Assembly (NCBI GenBank): GCA_025786725.1
Contig: JAHLTZ010000005.1
Location: 434,001 to 498,000 of the forward strand
Length of the DNA stretch: 64,000 bases
Source: Syncephalis fuscata S228
Lineage: Eukaryota; Fungi; Zoopagomycota
Direction of reading: 5' to 3'
The stretch's first letter is position 1. The number at the start of each line of letters is the position of its first letter. A program made the position numbers and the translations under genes. Below are positions 52,800 to 64,000 of the stretch, in pieces. Under the pieces are notes generated by a model that worked only from the letters and a program-made list of their open reading frames with translations, ran no database searches and was not told where the DNA came from.

Positions 52800-52977
52800 T
52801 ACATGGCATAAATCATCTACACAAATTGAAATAGCTTTCACCATTTGCATTTACTAATTAATGGATATGTATTAGGAATAAAATGTATTGATATTAAATA
52901 AAAATTTTACATTAGTTATTTCTCGTATCCAGCCAATCTACAATTACTTTTAATGATTCTGTCGTTTTGGCATTATC

Positions 52978-54265
52978 TTACGATAAAGTCCAATAAACGC
53001 GTTGGACGGTAATTGGTGTGCCAGTCAGCATCGGCCTGATTCCAACTGCCATTTGGTGACGTTGTGTTGAGGTTGACTGACCCGATATATAGGTGGAGTA
53101 TTGAGATTGTTCATTATAGTATGAATAGTAGGATTCCTTCTGTCCATCACTGCGAGACTGACCACTTATATTGTGTTGCGAATCAAGTGCACGCTCACTC
53201 ATTTCTTCACCTCGAAGATGGGCCGGATAGTCTTCAGGATATTCTTGCGCCACTTCACTATAATTGGTCATGCCTTCAGGTGAGCCCCATTGATATTGCG
53301 GGTGATAAAGTGAGCTTTTATCTGTCTGAATTGCGTTCAAATTAGCATTTTGAATAAAAGTACGTGGCCGATTGCCCATAGCCAGAATGTTACGGGCTCT
53401 TTCTGTTGTGTAATTAATAGCCACGAAGTAAACCACCCTAATGATAAATATTAATAAAACAATTGATTAGTTAATTAGTTAAACAGTATTCATTATATAT
53501 TACTACTTACAATCGATAACAAACATCCATTCTGAAAAGTCCCCAATACGTGGAATACGCCAATAAGCGCGGTGGCAATATTTGAAAATGCAGCAGCAGC
53601 TAGAAATAGTAAGCCATCTTCGCTAATTTGTGCCCAAGCATTAGAGCCAAATTTTTTATATTGTTCAATGATAACAATAAGAAATGAGATTGAAAATATG
53701 GCATTGACAGGCAAATCGAGTGCCAAACGCTGCCACGGATAGTAGAACGGATATTCGACAAAACAACCATCGGCCGGTGATTGACGCGAAACCGTATGAC
53801 GAACCACAATGTAGATAAATGAGAACTGGCAAACTGAAAGCATAATACCTAGTACGAGGATGATCATGAGTGCTGATGCACTTTATACGCTTTATTCAAT
53901 AGGATTGTATCGACACAAAGACTCGATATGACCATACCTAGCGCACAGATCCATATCACCATACGACAAGTAATGCCAATGGGTACAATAACCGTAAGCA
54001 GTGAAACAACGCCAAGGATCACCCCTGCTGCCGCTTGTACTAGGCAAAGTGCAGGTGTTAAAGGGCGTCGGGCCGTAAGTACGAGTCGAATCGCTTTTCT
54101 CGTATTCATTGCAAATAAATAAAGTAAAACTGTATTGATGATAATTTGTTTCCATTGTCCGATAAAACGATTCTTCAACTCGTCAATATCATCATCAGCC
54201 TCCCATAAATAGGCCAAACTAGTTATTTCTCCAGATGGATCTGTTTGTATCCAAGATTGTGTCAT
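52978..54265 (-). CDS. Lineage-specific 7TM (GPCR-like) membrane protein, paralog 3, with long cytoplasmic tail
   Basis: LFAMNT, ITCRMVIW, ILLNKAY, DGC..YPFY, DLPVNAIFSISFL..QYKKFGSNAW..ISEDG, D-W-WFTSWLLI across an intron (~53510-53438); frameshifts. Confidence 0.75.
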
Positions 54266-55026
54266 AATAAAAAGTACAAATAATAATAGTAATAGTAATA
54301 ATACAATAACTATTTTTTCAATTAATAATCGTATATATAATATATATCAACAGTAAAAAGAGCAAAACTGTCGTAGTCGTTGAGCAAATAGTACGAAATA
54401 GAATAGAGAAATAGACAGATAGATAGACAGATAGATAGATAAAAAGGACTAAATTGGATTACGTGGTAAAGCTACAAAACGATACACGTAAAAGTATTTA
54501 AAATATTTACAACTATTTAAAGCTGTTCCGTCTAAAATGTCGGCCCTAAATATCATTACGCATGCGACAGATAAACAAGTTTTATTGGAGACGGATATCT
54601 GCACTCATATGTATCCACACGCATACCAACAGTCCATGTGAATTCATTCAACTAATCTACATGAATAGGTATGCCAATGGTCTATTATTATATAGTATAA
54701 ATCATCTAATGTAGAGTGTATTTATTGATTTTTTATAATGGTTAATAAAATAGTAAAATATCATAAAATAGATTGAGAAAAAGCGTAAAAATAATTGTAA
54801 ACTAAACATACACGAAAAGTGCCAATAATGGCGTTAACAACAACAACAACAACAGAAGAAAGATTCCACCGACTGGCACGCAGTCTTGTGCATTGCATAC
54901 AACATGGTACATCCAAAAGGCTAATCTATGTCGTTTTCTATAGAAAAAAATGTCAAAATACTCAATAAACTATGACAATTATCAATGAAATAGAATAATG
55001 ATTAAAAGGGGCACTATGCACTACAA

Positions 55027-56285
55027 TTAACTAGTAGGCATAAGGCCATGGTATAACCATATACACAATACCAATGATAAGACATAGCAAAGAGAAAAAG
55101 CCAGACAGTAGGATGACCACAGAGGTACACCTTGTGTACGCCATGAATGGAACAAGCTGCTGTAACAATTCAAATGCTGCCGCCACGACCATGTGATTCT
55201 CTTTCCCACTCTTTGGTCACGGTGTGATATCTCCGAAGCGATAACACTTTTACTATTTGATCGAGTTGACACCACACCACTCGATAGAGGTACAGCTGTA
55301 CATCACTAGGGGAGATCACCTGTGCAGAAGCAGTAACAGCAGCAGGTGGTGGTAGTAAAGAAGATGGTGTAGACAATGATTTAAGAGATGATTCAGTAGA
55401 CCATGCACATGAAGGTGTGGGTCGTGGCTTCACACGTCTCCTATGACAGTTTAACATCACAGCAGCTATTAAAAATAAAGCCGAAATAGCTAGCAACCAT
55501 AACGTCACGTGTAATGCGCGATACGTTGACTCATTTAGAAATCCATCGCCTGACATGCATACACCATGACCAGCATCTACACTATACTGACAATAACCGC
55601 TCATACACTATAATAAATAGTAATTAACACACGCCCATTAGTAATTTTATTAACTATAATATTAATAGCCATATTATCAATGTTAAGATTGTAACTAACC
55701 TGATTATGCCCCGTACATCCACGACGATCCTCGAGACGGCGTTGGCATTGCCCTGTCGATGGGGTATTTGACGAACTACGCTCACAATAAGCATCTTCAA
55801 CACAGTTGCCAATCAAGCCCAGATCAATCTCGTTGCGTTCACTTAGCCATACTTTAAGCGTATTGTTACGCGGTATCCACATAGATTGACAAGTCGAACC
55901 GAGACCGGCCAGCGGTCCATTTACATAAACTGGCCATCGTAATGGTGTGGGTCGTTTGGATAGCGGTACATTAGCATCAAGTCCATAGGCCAGGATAAAG
56001 CCGGGGGTCAAGGTGGATAGACACGTGGCGTCAGGTTCATTAGTCATTAGATAAAATGGAATCAATATTAGTCGTTGTCGTATTACGAAGATAACAAGCA
56101 AATCCGGCTGCACAACGCGTCGTCGGGTCACATGCATGACCCTGCCCAATGAGCGTAACTACATTAGAAGGTAATATCACTTCTTCGGAAGCAGCAGCAG
56201 CAATAGCGACTACTGGAAACACTTTAGAAACAGACGGAGCGACGGAGCCAGAAGTCGAGGCAGCCGTCGCTGTTTGGATCGACAT
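55027..56285 (-). CDS. Membrane protein with Cys-rich extracellular-type modules, unknown function
   Basis: CDPTTRCAAGFAC, GSTCQS, GNCVEDAYCE, GQCQRRLEDRRGCTGHNQ|CMSGYC...GVC, TM LWLLAISALFLIAAVML followed by HRRR; probable second TM at the end; frameshifts. Confidence 0.55.
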
Positions 56286-56795
56286 TATAGATCCGGATAA
56301 TTACTCGTTGAACGGCATGCAAATAAATAGTTAAATGGAAAGTGGTAAAGAATAGTGGAATTCAATGAAAGAATGCGTCTAGCGTATTCTTAATGCAATA
56401 CTAAGAGGGGAAAAGGAGAAAAGGAGAGGCTTTAAAAGGTAGAGGACAAGAACAAGGACAGTGTAGAAAAGTAAGAGTGTAGTAGTGGAGGAAAGAGGGC
56501 AGGCAGTTTGAAAACTTTACTATAATGATTATCTATAGTTAGCATTTCTTGTTTTCCAAGTGGAGTTTTAAATCACGTTATTAACGTCTTAAAAAGGAAA
56601 GTGGCAATTAATGTCAATTAGCTAAATGGTAATAAATACACAAGTTAATTACATTTATTTAGAACGTCTGCATGGTAACCATGATAGAATGTATATAATT
56701 GCACAAATAGAACACCAATAATTAAATACGATTTATAATACTAAATACTAAACCAAACTATACTTCTATAATATTTGACATATAATTTCTTTATA

Positions 56796-58553
56796 TTATG
56801 CAAAATAAAAAGGCGAACTACCACGACTAGATGTTGAAGGTCCATCAGCTGTATTTTCTGGAAAGAAATACGGTATATCATCATGAACAGGTGCACCTTC
56901 ATGATGAATAAGTGCAGTAGCTGGTAGTGGTGCCAATGGATGGATATTTGTAGTATGAAATGATATAGAATCGCTTTGAGATCGTTCATGGAAATATCTT
57001 AATGGATCATAATTTGAATTGGTCGTAGTTTTAGTCTTATTATAATGATGACTATCGCTACTATCTTCATCAATACGCTCATAACGTAATGGAGCAAATG
57101 GATCAATAGCCGGCGATGTATGCGCTGATAAAGATGGTCGATGTCCAAATCGATTTAAATAAGTAGGTTGGTGATCATGTTGTATAGACTGATGTGCCGC
57201 ATGGTGTTTCATATCATCTGAAGTTGATCTAGTCATTAACAGTTGTGTAGGTTGAGGCATCCACGTAAATTCTTGTTGTTGTTGTTGTTGTGATTGAGTC
57301 TGAAAGGTGGGTGGTGGTACTACACCACTCGTATAGACACTACCATCTACCGTGGTATGACTAACAACTGGTGGTGGTGCTACTGTCACTGTACCTATAG
57401 ATCCTGACAATAAAGGACTTTTAGCTATAGAAGATGAGCCCATCAATAACATAGAATAAGAAGAGGAGGATGTGGTTGTTGTAGTTGTACTATTTGTATG
57501 CGTATTGATGGCTGTTGATGGTAGATGGACTGACATCAATTGCTGCGATAGAGCATCTACAGGATTGATATGAGGTGATGTCTGTAATGAATGAGATTCA
57601 TAAGACAATAAGTGTCCATGGCTACTTGGACTACTACCATTTATATCATGTTTAATAAATGGTCGTGGTAATGTTGATGTAGATGGTGTCAATGATGGAG
57701 ATGGGATCCAATTAACAGGTGGATATCCACTAGAAATTGATGGACCTGTAACACTAGTTGTAGATGCAGTTACTACGGGAGAACTATTTATATGAATAGG
57801 TGGATTTAAGAGTAATGGTGCAGGTACAGATACCAATGACAGTTCTGTTTCCAGTGCTTTTAAATCTTCTTCAGATAGTGTCTATTATTGCAAATAGTTA
57901 TTATTGATATTAATGTATATTAATATATATTAATATGTATATATTAAAAATAGTAACTATATAATACTTACCACTGAATTATCTTGATTAGCTGCTGTGG
58001 TCATTTGATGTGCAGCCAGTGAAGTGCGTAATGGTTCAAGTATACGTCCCGTATTATCTAGACCAGGGGCACGTCGTCGTATTTCAGCTTGTTCGCGTTG
58101 AAGCCGTTCATTCTCTGCAGATTGCCAATCAGCTTGTTCTTGTTTGAATACATTGGACGCGGCAATGGCTTCTTCCTCCAGTGAGAAATCGACTTCAGGC
58201 TAATAGGATACAAGTAGACGTGTACACTGTAAGAACAAGTCGTCATTACAGTTATACTAATTACTTACTAATTCGGCCAGTGCACTTACAAGTGCTTGGT
58301 TAACTGCAGGTAAACGTGTCTATATATATGTATATATATATATATCGATAGTATCTGTGTTAATACAAACAAGAATAGTACAAGATGTAAAGTATTCACT
58401 TTACCGAATTCAACTGTCGGCATCGACGAGATATTGTTACAGATACATCAAGTACGGGAGTATACAACGAACCACCACCTAATGAGTTTATATTAAATAT
58501 ACTAGCCACTATTATTCTTCTTCTTATAATAATAAGTAAATACCTCGATACAT
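56796..58553 (-). CDS. Protein with N-terminal UMA (UBAP1/MVB12-associated)-like segment and long P/S/T/H-rich tail
   Basis: Spliced exons give PVLDVSVTISRRCRQLNS..RLPAVNQAL..PEVDFSLEEEAIA (cf. UMA LD.V...I....LP....YDFSLE), a short coiled coil, then a 346-aa disordered exon. Confidence 0.5.
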
Positions 58554-58621
58554 GATGCGTTGAAGTGTACGGGTAGAGATGAATAGACAATAAGCAAGTA
58601 GAAAGAGAAACGCCAGGAGAT

Positions 58622-58629
58622 TGACGTCA
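58622..58629. promoter_or_regulatory. Perfect CRE/ATF palindrome TGACGTCA in a ~130-bp bidirectional promoter
   Basis: ttgacgtcac between divergent starts at 58553(-) and 58685(+). Confidence 0.4.
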
Positions 58630-58684
58630 CATGATGAACGAATAAACTTGCATCTTTCTTAGTTTAACAACGGTCCATTTTAAT

Positions 58685-59582
58685 ATGTCTAATCAGTCTA
58701 CGATACAAGCATCGCTGTCCTCATTGACTATTGAGAATATGCGTATTTACCGTATTCTTATCGGTGTTACGGGCAGTGTAGCTACTATTAAATTGCCACT
58801 GTTAATTAGACAACTAATGGAACAAGCGCCTAAAGTAGCGTTTATTATTATTATGACATAGTAGGTAGCTAACGATTCATTTAGAACCAACAAGTAGATA
58901 TTCGTGTAGTGCCAACCAAGCATGCAGAACACTTTTTCAATAAAAATGATATTAAAGTGCCAATATATAGAGACGAGGAAGAATGGTCGGTAAGTAGGTG
59001 TTGTTTAATAATGGACTGTATACTATTAACGGGCAAGTATAGTCGTGGTCATCAGTGGCCGATGATGTGCTTCATATTGAAGTAAGTAGAAATAGCAATG
59101 TTGCTATTATAGAATCGCTATTTATATATAGTATTTATTAGTTACGTAAATGGGCGGATATTATGGTGATTGCACCATTAGATGCAAATACATTGGCAAA
59201 ATTGTCTCATGGTCAATGTGATAATCTATTGGTAAGTAGTGCTTTATTGTTGCAATATCTATCTTATATGTATAATTAGACGTGTATTGCACGGGCATGG
59301 GACACAAATCGACCAGTACTTGTATGTCCAGCAATGAATACGCATATGTGGTCACATCCATTTACACAACAACATCTTACAACGTTGCAAGATCAATTAG
59401 GATGGAAAGTACATGGTCCCATTTCTAAGCGATTGGCATGTGGCGATACAGGTAGGATATAGCAATAATGAAGATAATGTTTGGTATTAACAATGCTACT
59501 AGGCATGGGTGCTATGTCAGAGGTGGAGTCTATTGCCAAGGAGACTTGGTCTATACTTTTGCAATCGACACCATCGTTATAA
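58685..59582 (+). CDS. PPCDC: Phosphopantothenoylcysteine decarboxylase (HFCD flavoprotein; CoA synthesis), 6 exons
   Basis: ILIGVTGSVATIK, VLHIE|LRKWAD..VIAPLDANTLAKL..GQCDNLL|TCIARAWD..CPAMNTHMW.HP..KRLACGD.|GMGAM; catalytic His, Asn and Cys all present. Confidence 0.95.
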
Positions 59583-60314
59583 AAACTATGTAAAAGATTT
59601 AATAATTAGTAAACTGTTATTAATTAGTTTTAAAGAAAATATAATTGAATGATAAATATTATTAAAATATGGCTATAATTAGTTAATTATAATAATTAAA
59701 TTAAATCATTTTTATTATTGTCATATGAATCAGATGAATATTAGCAAATAGCATGATTGTTTAGCTATCTTGACATAAAATGTAATAGTGGCTAGACAAG
59801 CGGCGCTTTATTGAGGTCCGCCTTAGGTGTCTATCCTACCTGGTGAGGTATTGCTAGCTCGCCTTTTGTCTTTTTGTCATTGCACGTAACTTGATACATA
59901 ACTATAGCTGCTATTTGAAACATGCTGCTTTTATCGGGGTCATTGGCCTTTACTGACGGCAGAACGAAACTAGGTGTTGCTATCGGCAATTAAAGCCATT
60001 AAATTGAGACTTGGCTTTGTATCAACTATGGCCATTGAAAACAAACTTACACACAGCGTTACAAGCCATATATACGCATATGGCAATCTACTATACAATT
60101 AATACTATGAAGTACAAAATGACCACTGCCATGTCGTAATTTGTGGACTGTTTGCAATACAGCATCTGTAGCAACAAGTATACACTGTATAGTTATGAAC
60201 ATGTATAGCGCTATTTGATTATACTAGATTGTTTGTCATTAATAAAGGAAATTTATTATGCAAATAAAGGCTAAGAATATTAATGCTAATGTTCCGGCAC
60301 AGTATTTAATATTA

Positions 60315-60769
60315 TTAACATTTGGCTAGTTTAATCAGTTGCTCGCGATTAATTGGGTACTCCTCGGTGTCCGACATTCTTCTTACAATGGCTGTGCCTT
60401 TGAATTCAATATTGTATTCACCAGGAGTAAGGTTTGAAGGTACATTCCATTTCTTGCTATATTTCCATGATTTACCGCCTGATGGTCGTTTACTGTTGGC
60501 CACGTTGGCGACACGAGTTTTGCCGTTTACTGCAACAAAATTGACATCAACTGAGGCCATCATGGCCATATCTCTATATAAAACATCGTATGCAATGGTT
60601 ATTGGCTTGCCATACAGTGGGTGCTATCTTGTGCTGGTGATTCAATTCAATAGTATCTAGATGACAGTAAGTAAAACGTAACATAAAATCAAAACTACTT
60701 ACCAGCACTGACCCATGGAACAACGGCTAAAACGGTGGCAATGACCAATATTTTTGAGTAGTGCAACAT
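60315..60769 (-). CDS. Small secreted beta-rich (Ig-like/Kre9-N-like) protein, copy A
   Basis: MLHYSKILVIATVLAVVPWVSA|DTIE(I)ESPAQDSTHC(I)GKPITIAYDV...WNVPSNLTPGEYNIEFKG...LIKLAKC*; two 1-nt deletions relative to copy B. Confidence 0.8.
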
Positions 60770-62003
60770 GTTGTTAAAGGTATAGGTGGTTGTGTTGACA
60801 AAAACCAGGTGTACTTAAAGTAAAAAGTGAGAGTATAGAAAGGTGAGAGTGTAGAAAGTGAGAGGCTGGTAAAGACTGTTTAAGTGGAATGTTGTAAACG
60901 AATCATGTGCTAATGAGATGCCATTTTATAGGCAGCTGATATGTTTCGATCAAACGGAGTATGTGGCGCACACAAGTATTTATCATAAAAATACAGGTTG
61001 GGGAGGTTGACAGACGGCAGACTTTGCAGGTGTTACTGCATAATGCTACAAATGCCATCGGTTACCCAACAGATATAAACATCAAATAGCACCACTTATT
61101 ATATTTGTATATTTAAAATCTATTGTTTGCAATGTATTATTTGTTACTCCATAGTATTTAGTAAACAGTTAGTTGTCAAATCATTCTATTGCTGTTTTCT
61201 AAATAATACCAATAATGACCATGTGTAGTACATGTCTTTACAGTGTTCGTTTACCTATTTGACGTCTAATACATTGCGTTGTAATGCTACACATGCACGA
61301 AACAATGTCACAGTTAAAAACTATGATGTTTGTATATGGCTTAGCCAACCTATTATGTCTATTTTAAAATTAAATTAGCATGAATAAAATTAAAGTCTAA
61401 TATTAATTACTGTCATATGAATCAGATGAATATTAGCAAATAGCATGATTGTTTAGCTATCTTGACATAAAATGTAATAGTGGCTAGACAAGCGGCGCTT
61501 TATTGAGGTCCGCCTTAGGTGTCTATCCTACCTGGTGAGGTATTGCTAGCTCGCCTTTTGTCTTTTGCATTGCATGTAACTTGATACATAACTATAGCTG
61601 CTATTTGAAACATGCTGCTTTTATCGGGGTCATTGGCCTTTACTGACGGCAGAACGAAACTAGGTGTTGCTATCGGCAATTAAAGCCATTAAATTGAGAC
61701 TTGGCTTTGTATCAACTATGGCCATTGAAAACAAACTTACACACAGCGTTACAAGCCATATATACGCATATGGCAATCTACTATACAATTAATACTATGA
61801 AGTACAAAATGACCACTGCCATGTCGTAATTTGTGGACTGTTTGCAATACAGCATTGTATCAACAAGTATACACTGTATAGTTATGAACATGTATAGCGC
61901 TATTTGATTATACTAGATTGTTTGTCATTAATAAAGGAAATTTATTATGCAAATAAAGGCTAAGAATATTAATGCTAATGTTCCGGCACAGCATTTAATA
62001 TTA

Positions 62004-62456
62004 TTAACATTTGGCTAGTTTAATCAGTTGCTCGCGATTAATATTGAACTTCGGTGCCGACTATTTTCTTACGATGGCTGTGCCTTTAATTCAATTTGTA
62101 TTCTCCAGGGTAAGGTTTGAAGGTACATTCCAGTTCTTGTTATATTTCCATGCTTCTCCATCTGTTGGTCGTTTACTGTTGGCCACGTTAGTGAAGCGAG
62201 TACCGCCGTCTACCGCAGCAAAACTGACATCAACTGATGTCATTGAGGCCATATCTCTATTCAGGACATCGTATGCAATGGTTATTGGCTTGCCAATACA
62301 GTGGGTGCTATCTTGTGCTGGTGATTCAATCTCAATAGTATCTAGCCTGACAATTAAGTAAAACGTAACATAAAATCAAAACTACTTACCAGCACTGACC
62401 CATGGAACAACGGCTAAAACGGTGGCAATGACCAATATTTTTGAGTAGTGCAACAT
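62004..62456 (-). CDS. Small secreted beta-rich protein, copy B
   Basis: Identical signal-peptide exon; DTIEIESPAQDSTHCIGKPITIAYDVLNRDMASMTSVDVSFAAVDGGTRFTNVANSKRPTDGEAWKYNKNWNVPSNLT, then several 1-nt deletions before INREQLIKLAKC*. Confidence 0.75.
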
Positions 62457-63189
62457 GTTGTTAAATGTATAGGTGGCTGTGTTGACAAAAACCAGGTGTG
62501 CTTAAAGTAGAGAATGAAAGCGTAAGAAGAGAGAGAGTCTAGTAAGGATTGTTTAAATGTGGTGCTGTAAACAAATCGTATGTTAGTAAGATACCATTTT
62601 ATAGGCAATTCGATACATCTTAATCAAACCTATTATATACAGCACATAAGTATTTACTATAAAGGAACAGACCGGGAAGCTTAGTATACAATAAGTTTTG
62701 CCGGTATATTACTACATGATGTTATTATTGGAAATATGCTTTATTTAGCATTCCCTTATACTGCAATACATACAGTTATAGGTATACTATTAATACTTTT
62801 TTCCCATGGCTTGTCTCGCTTACCGATCACACTACTAAATTAAATAATGCACTAATAATGTAGCCGAAGATATAGCGCAACATTGCGGTTACTAAAATGG
62901 CATACGATACATTTTTATGTAAATAAAAAGGAATTGAAAGTGAGCTAACGTTTTATTAATGTATGTAATTATTGTTTGCTTTTATATTTGATTAGCTTCA
63001 GTATTTAATGGGTAGTTATCAAATAAATATAAAAATAACAAATGAGCAATAAAAGAAGGCTCGTCTTGCGTTCGCTATATGATGGTCATGTGCTATGATC
63101 GATGTGCTAAAATATTACTTAATTCTAAATGTTTATTTTTTTTAATTTTACATTAAACACATGCTTAAGTAGTCTTAGTGGCCTTGCTA

Positions 63190-63953
63190 TACCTATTAGT
63201 TACGAATATCACAAAAATAAGGTTAAAGTTAAAACTAAAACACTTTGATGTTCAGTTTATTGAAGATTTATTGTTTGAATATCAAATCAGATCTGTTAGT
63301 TTATTTAATTATAAAATATATCTTGCCGTTCGTGTCTGTCAGCCAATTTTTGGCAACACACTACGCTCATCAAACAAAGATAGATTTTATTAAACAAAAC
63401 TGGCTGTTCAAAAAAACTAAAACTATTTTTGTACATTAAACAAGTTAACCAAAAGCTTGCCAAAAAGCTTAAATCCAAGTTTGATAGTGATGCTACTTTG
63501 GTATTTAGTAACTGATATGCAAGTCATGTAAAGTTTCAAGAACCTATTAGAAATACTCTGGCTTGAAGCGTATATTATAAAAAAGTGGTTTAACGTGCTC
63601 TTAATTGATGAGTATAACAGCTCTAAGCCCTGTGCCACTTGTCAAGCTCAAAATTTAGAAGCATTCAAAATAATCGATAATCCACGTCCGTATTAACATA
63701 AAAATTGTGCAAGAGTAAAGTGCCATGGGCTTTCAGGATACCATAGTTTATAGATTAAATATAAAATAAATATTTTATTCTACCATCTAGATTGTTTGCA
63801 GATGCACAAACCAAAAATTGTAAAAAAGCTTATGAAACTTTTACGGGTGCAAAATTGTGGCATTGTAATTTGGCTGCTGCTTTGAATTTCAAACATATCC
63901 TTGATAGTCTACGATTGAGCGGTATTATACCAGATTGGTTTCAAAAAAGCTGA
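63190..63953 (+). pseudogene. Fanzor (eukaryotic TnpB-like RuvC nuclease) remnant, C-terminal half, with a decayed intron
   Basis: Stitched translation: LFKKLKL.LYIKQVNQKLAKKLKSKFDSDATLVFSN*YASHVKFQEPIR..GLKRIL*K.GFNVLLIDEYNSSKPCATC..LEAFKIIDNPRPY*..VKCHGL[R, intron ~63737-63801]CTNQNC...KLWHCNLAAALNFKHILDSLRLSGIIPDWF. This matches the fungal Fanzor pattern (GDW..EPI.G.G....L...GF.V.LIDE..TS..CP.C...NPRP...CHGLLRC...C....WNRD.AA.LN). Confidence 0.85.
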
Positions 63954-64000
63954 TATTCCTTGGAGTTTATCGACTTTAATAAGATGGCAATTATATAATT

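Larger units (their letters stand above)
59719..62725. repeat. Tandem duplication, unit ~1692 bp (59719.. and 61411..)
   Basis: tgtcatatgaatcag... recurs at 59719 and 61411; near-identical for ~600 bp, homologous through the gene and increasingly diverged in the promoter. Confidence 0.95.

Noticed and set aside
930-59582. Cysteine-themed gene cluster (CysRS, cystathionine beta-synthase, PPC decarboxylase)
   Set aside because: The genes are spread over ~58 kb among unrelated genes with no shared motif seen; coincidence is sufficient
1-64000. tRNA, rRNA, CRISPR arrays, programmed frameshifting or an alternative genetic code
   Set aside because: No tRNA/rRNA or repeat-spacer pattern was recognised by eye. 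Frameshifts lack a common slippery motif, and conserved proteins translate properly with the standard code.

Overview
AT-rich eukaryotic (fungal) genomic DNA with many short GT-AG introns. The gene families and architecture suggest an early-diverging fungus such as a Zoopagomycota/Syncephalis-like mycoparasite; this is inference, not a database result. Housekeeping genes: MDM10, a probably dual-targeted cysteinyl-tRNA synthetase, WDR26/GID7, HUT1, a SUMO-targeted RING ligase, an HSF-type factor, cystathionine beta-synthase, RMI1 and PPC decarboxylase. These are interleaved with expanded lineage-specific families: three DUF4203/TMEM198 genes, two F-box-like genes, three 7TM receptor-like genes and several small secreted proteins. 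The window is structurally unusual. (1) A 1.8-kb direct duplication of the CysRS 3' half brackets a decayed TIR element plus a UDP-glycosyltransferase gene. (2) Two nested inverted-repeat pairs are present; the inner 830-bp near-identical pair bounds a 7.4-kb segment that looks inverted or invertible. (3) A 1.7-kb tandem duplication carries a secreted protein that differs mainly in its mature region. (4) The right edge holds a decayed, intron-containing Fanzor (eukaryotic TnpB-like RNA-guided nuclease) gene dominated by C>T/G>A changes. A single-exon gene carries a polymorphic-toxin-type ParB-like domain. Many conserved genes show isolated 1-nt deletions, probably long-read consensus errors, so single frameshifts were not taken as evidence of pseudogenes.
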